Source of the DNA: a bacterium
Lineage (GTDB): Bacteria > Zhuqueibacterota > Zhuqueibacteria > Oceanimicrobiales > Oceanimicrobiaceae
DNA length: 16,437 bases
Assembly: GCA_046758365.1 (NCBI GenBank)
Contig: JBHIAC010000071.1
Location: 1 to 16,437 of the forward strand
Direction: 5' to 3'
Under the pieces are notes generated by a model. It was given only the letters and a program-made list of their open reading frames with translations, did no database searches and was not told the DNA's origin. Position 1 is the first letter of the stretch. Each line of letters opens with the position of its first letter. A program made the translations under genes and the position numbers. This document shows, piece after piece, positions 15,546-16,437 of the stretch.

Positions 15546-16437
15546 TTGAAAATATTATTTTTATGTTTGTGGGTTACCTTATTTATTTTTCCAAATACTT
15601 ATGCTGGGGTCCACGAATCTTTACCCACTTTCCACTGGGCCTATGATTATATCGACGAACTCCGGGTCCGAGGTTATTTTGAAAGTCTTTATATCTTAAA
15701 TAAGCCTTTCACCCGTGGACAAATTGCTGAATATTTAATCAAAATCAATGAAGAAGTTGAGTCCAGAGCATTACAAATTAAAAAGACTGATAGATGGATT
15801 TTAAATAGATTGAATTCTGAGTTTGAACCGGAAATTCAACTTTTGTCTAAAAAAAGCAAGAAAAAGCAATTCAGTATCGGAACCTATGTTATTCAAGAGT
15901 TAGATAGAAACGGTGGTCGAACTGTAGGGCACAGCCGTATTCGAAGTAAACTTAACTTAGTGCTCTCGGACAAATTTGAATTTTACAACGGCATCGTGGT
16001 GGATAATCGATTGGACGAGGACCCTAACTATATAGGAAGGCGGCAGAGTGACTTAGCCTCGTTTACTGAGCAGGCTTATGCGACTTTTAACTGGCATAAT
16101 TTGAATATTAAATTAGGTCGAGATTTTGTACGCTTTAGTTCGGGGAAGTCAGGAAGCTTGATGATTTCTGACCATGCCCGCCCTATGGATCAACTTTGGG
16201 CCAGTTATGATTTAAAGTTTCTTAAATTTTCGTTTTTTATGGCTAATTTAGACCCCATCATGGTTCCAGATTCGTTATCAGGTGAATTAGTTCGTGCCAA
16301 TCGGTTTCTTTCTACCCACCGTATGGATGTCAAATTGTTTAACCGATTTTATTTGGGAATCGCTGAGTCTATTATTTATGGAGGTCCGGAAAGCAATTGG
16401 GAGTTAGCCTTTTTGAATCCGTTTATTTTTTATCACG
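15546..16437 (+). CDS. wzi: Capsule assembly Wzi-family outer-membrane protein, truncated by the window end (absent from the ORF track)
   Basis: TTG start after AAGGA, and the frame stays open to the last base. Translation: MKILFLCLWVTLFIFPNTYA|GVHESLPTFHWAYDYIDELRVRG...KPFTRGQIA...EQAYATF...KLGRD...SGKSGSLMISDHARPMD...RFLSTHRMD...LGIAESIIYGG...AFLNPFIFYH, which carries characteristic Wzi-family motifs. Confidence 0.85.
   Translation, partial: MKILFLCLWVTLFIFPNTYAGVHESLPTFHWAYDYIDELRVRGYFESLYILNKPFTRGQIAEYLIKINEEVESRALQIKKTDRWILNRLNSEFEPEIQLLSKKSKKKQFSIGTYVIQELDRNGGRTVGHSRIRSKLNLVLSDKFEFYNGIVVDNRLDEDPNYIGRRQSDLASFTEQAYATFNWHNLNIKLGRDFVRFSSGKSGSLMISDHARPMDQLWASYDLKFLKFSFFMANLDPIMVPDSLSGELVRANRFLSTHRMDVKLFNRFYLGIAESIIYGGPESNWELAFLNPFIFYH

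Overview
An AT-rich bacterial Wzx/Wzy-dependent capsule or exopolysaccharide locus, with every real gene on the + strand. Gene order: partial AlkP-superfamily phosphodiesterase-like gene, short SLBB/Wza-like export protein, Wzc-type co-polymerase/tyrosine kinase, Wzx flippase, Wzy polymerase, two GT2 glycosyltransferases, a sulfatase-like enzyme, a third GT2, a GT4, a WcaJ-type priming transferase, a frameshifted YfiM/DUF2279-like secreted protein, and a partial Wzi-family capsule assembly protein that the ORF track misses. The most notable points are: (1) a cytoplasmic sulfatase-fold enzyme with T-x-P-x-H in place of C/S-x-P-x-R, sitting among the glycosyltransferases and possibly a glycan-decorating transferase; (2) a minimal, apparently non-lipidated Wza-like protein; (3) a sigma54-like promoter plus a 25-bp motif repeated 12 kb away upstream of wcaJ; (4) a three-level nested MITE/REP/hairpin insertion; (5) a second inverted-repeat-bounded structured element; (6) a -1 frameshift hiding a beta-barrel-type C-terminus. 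All family assignments come from reading motifs by eye; no database searches were run.
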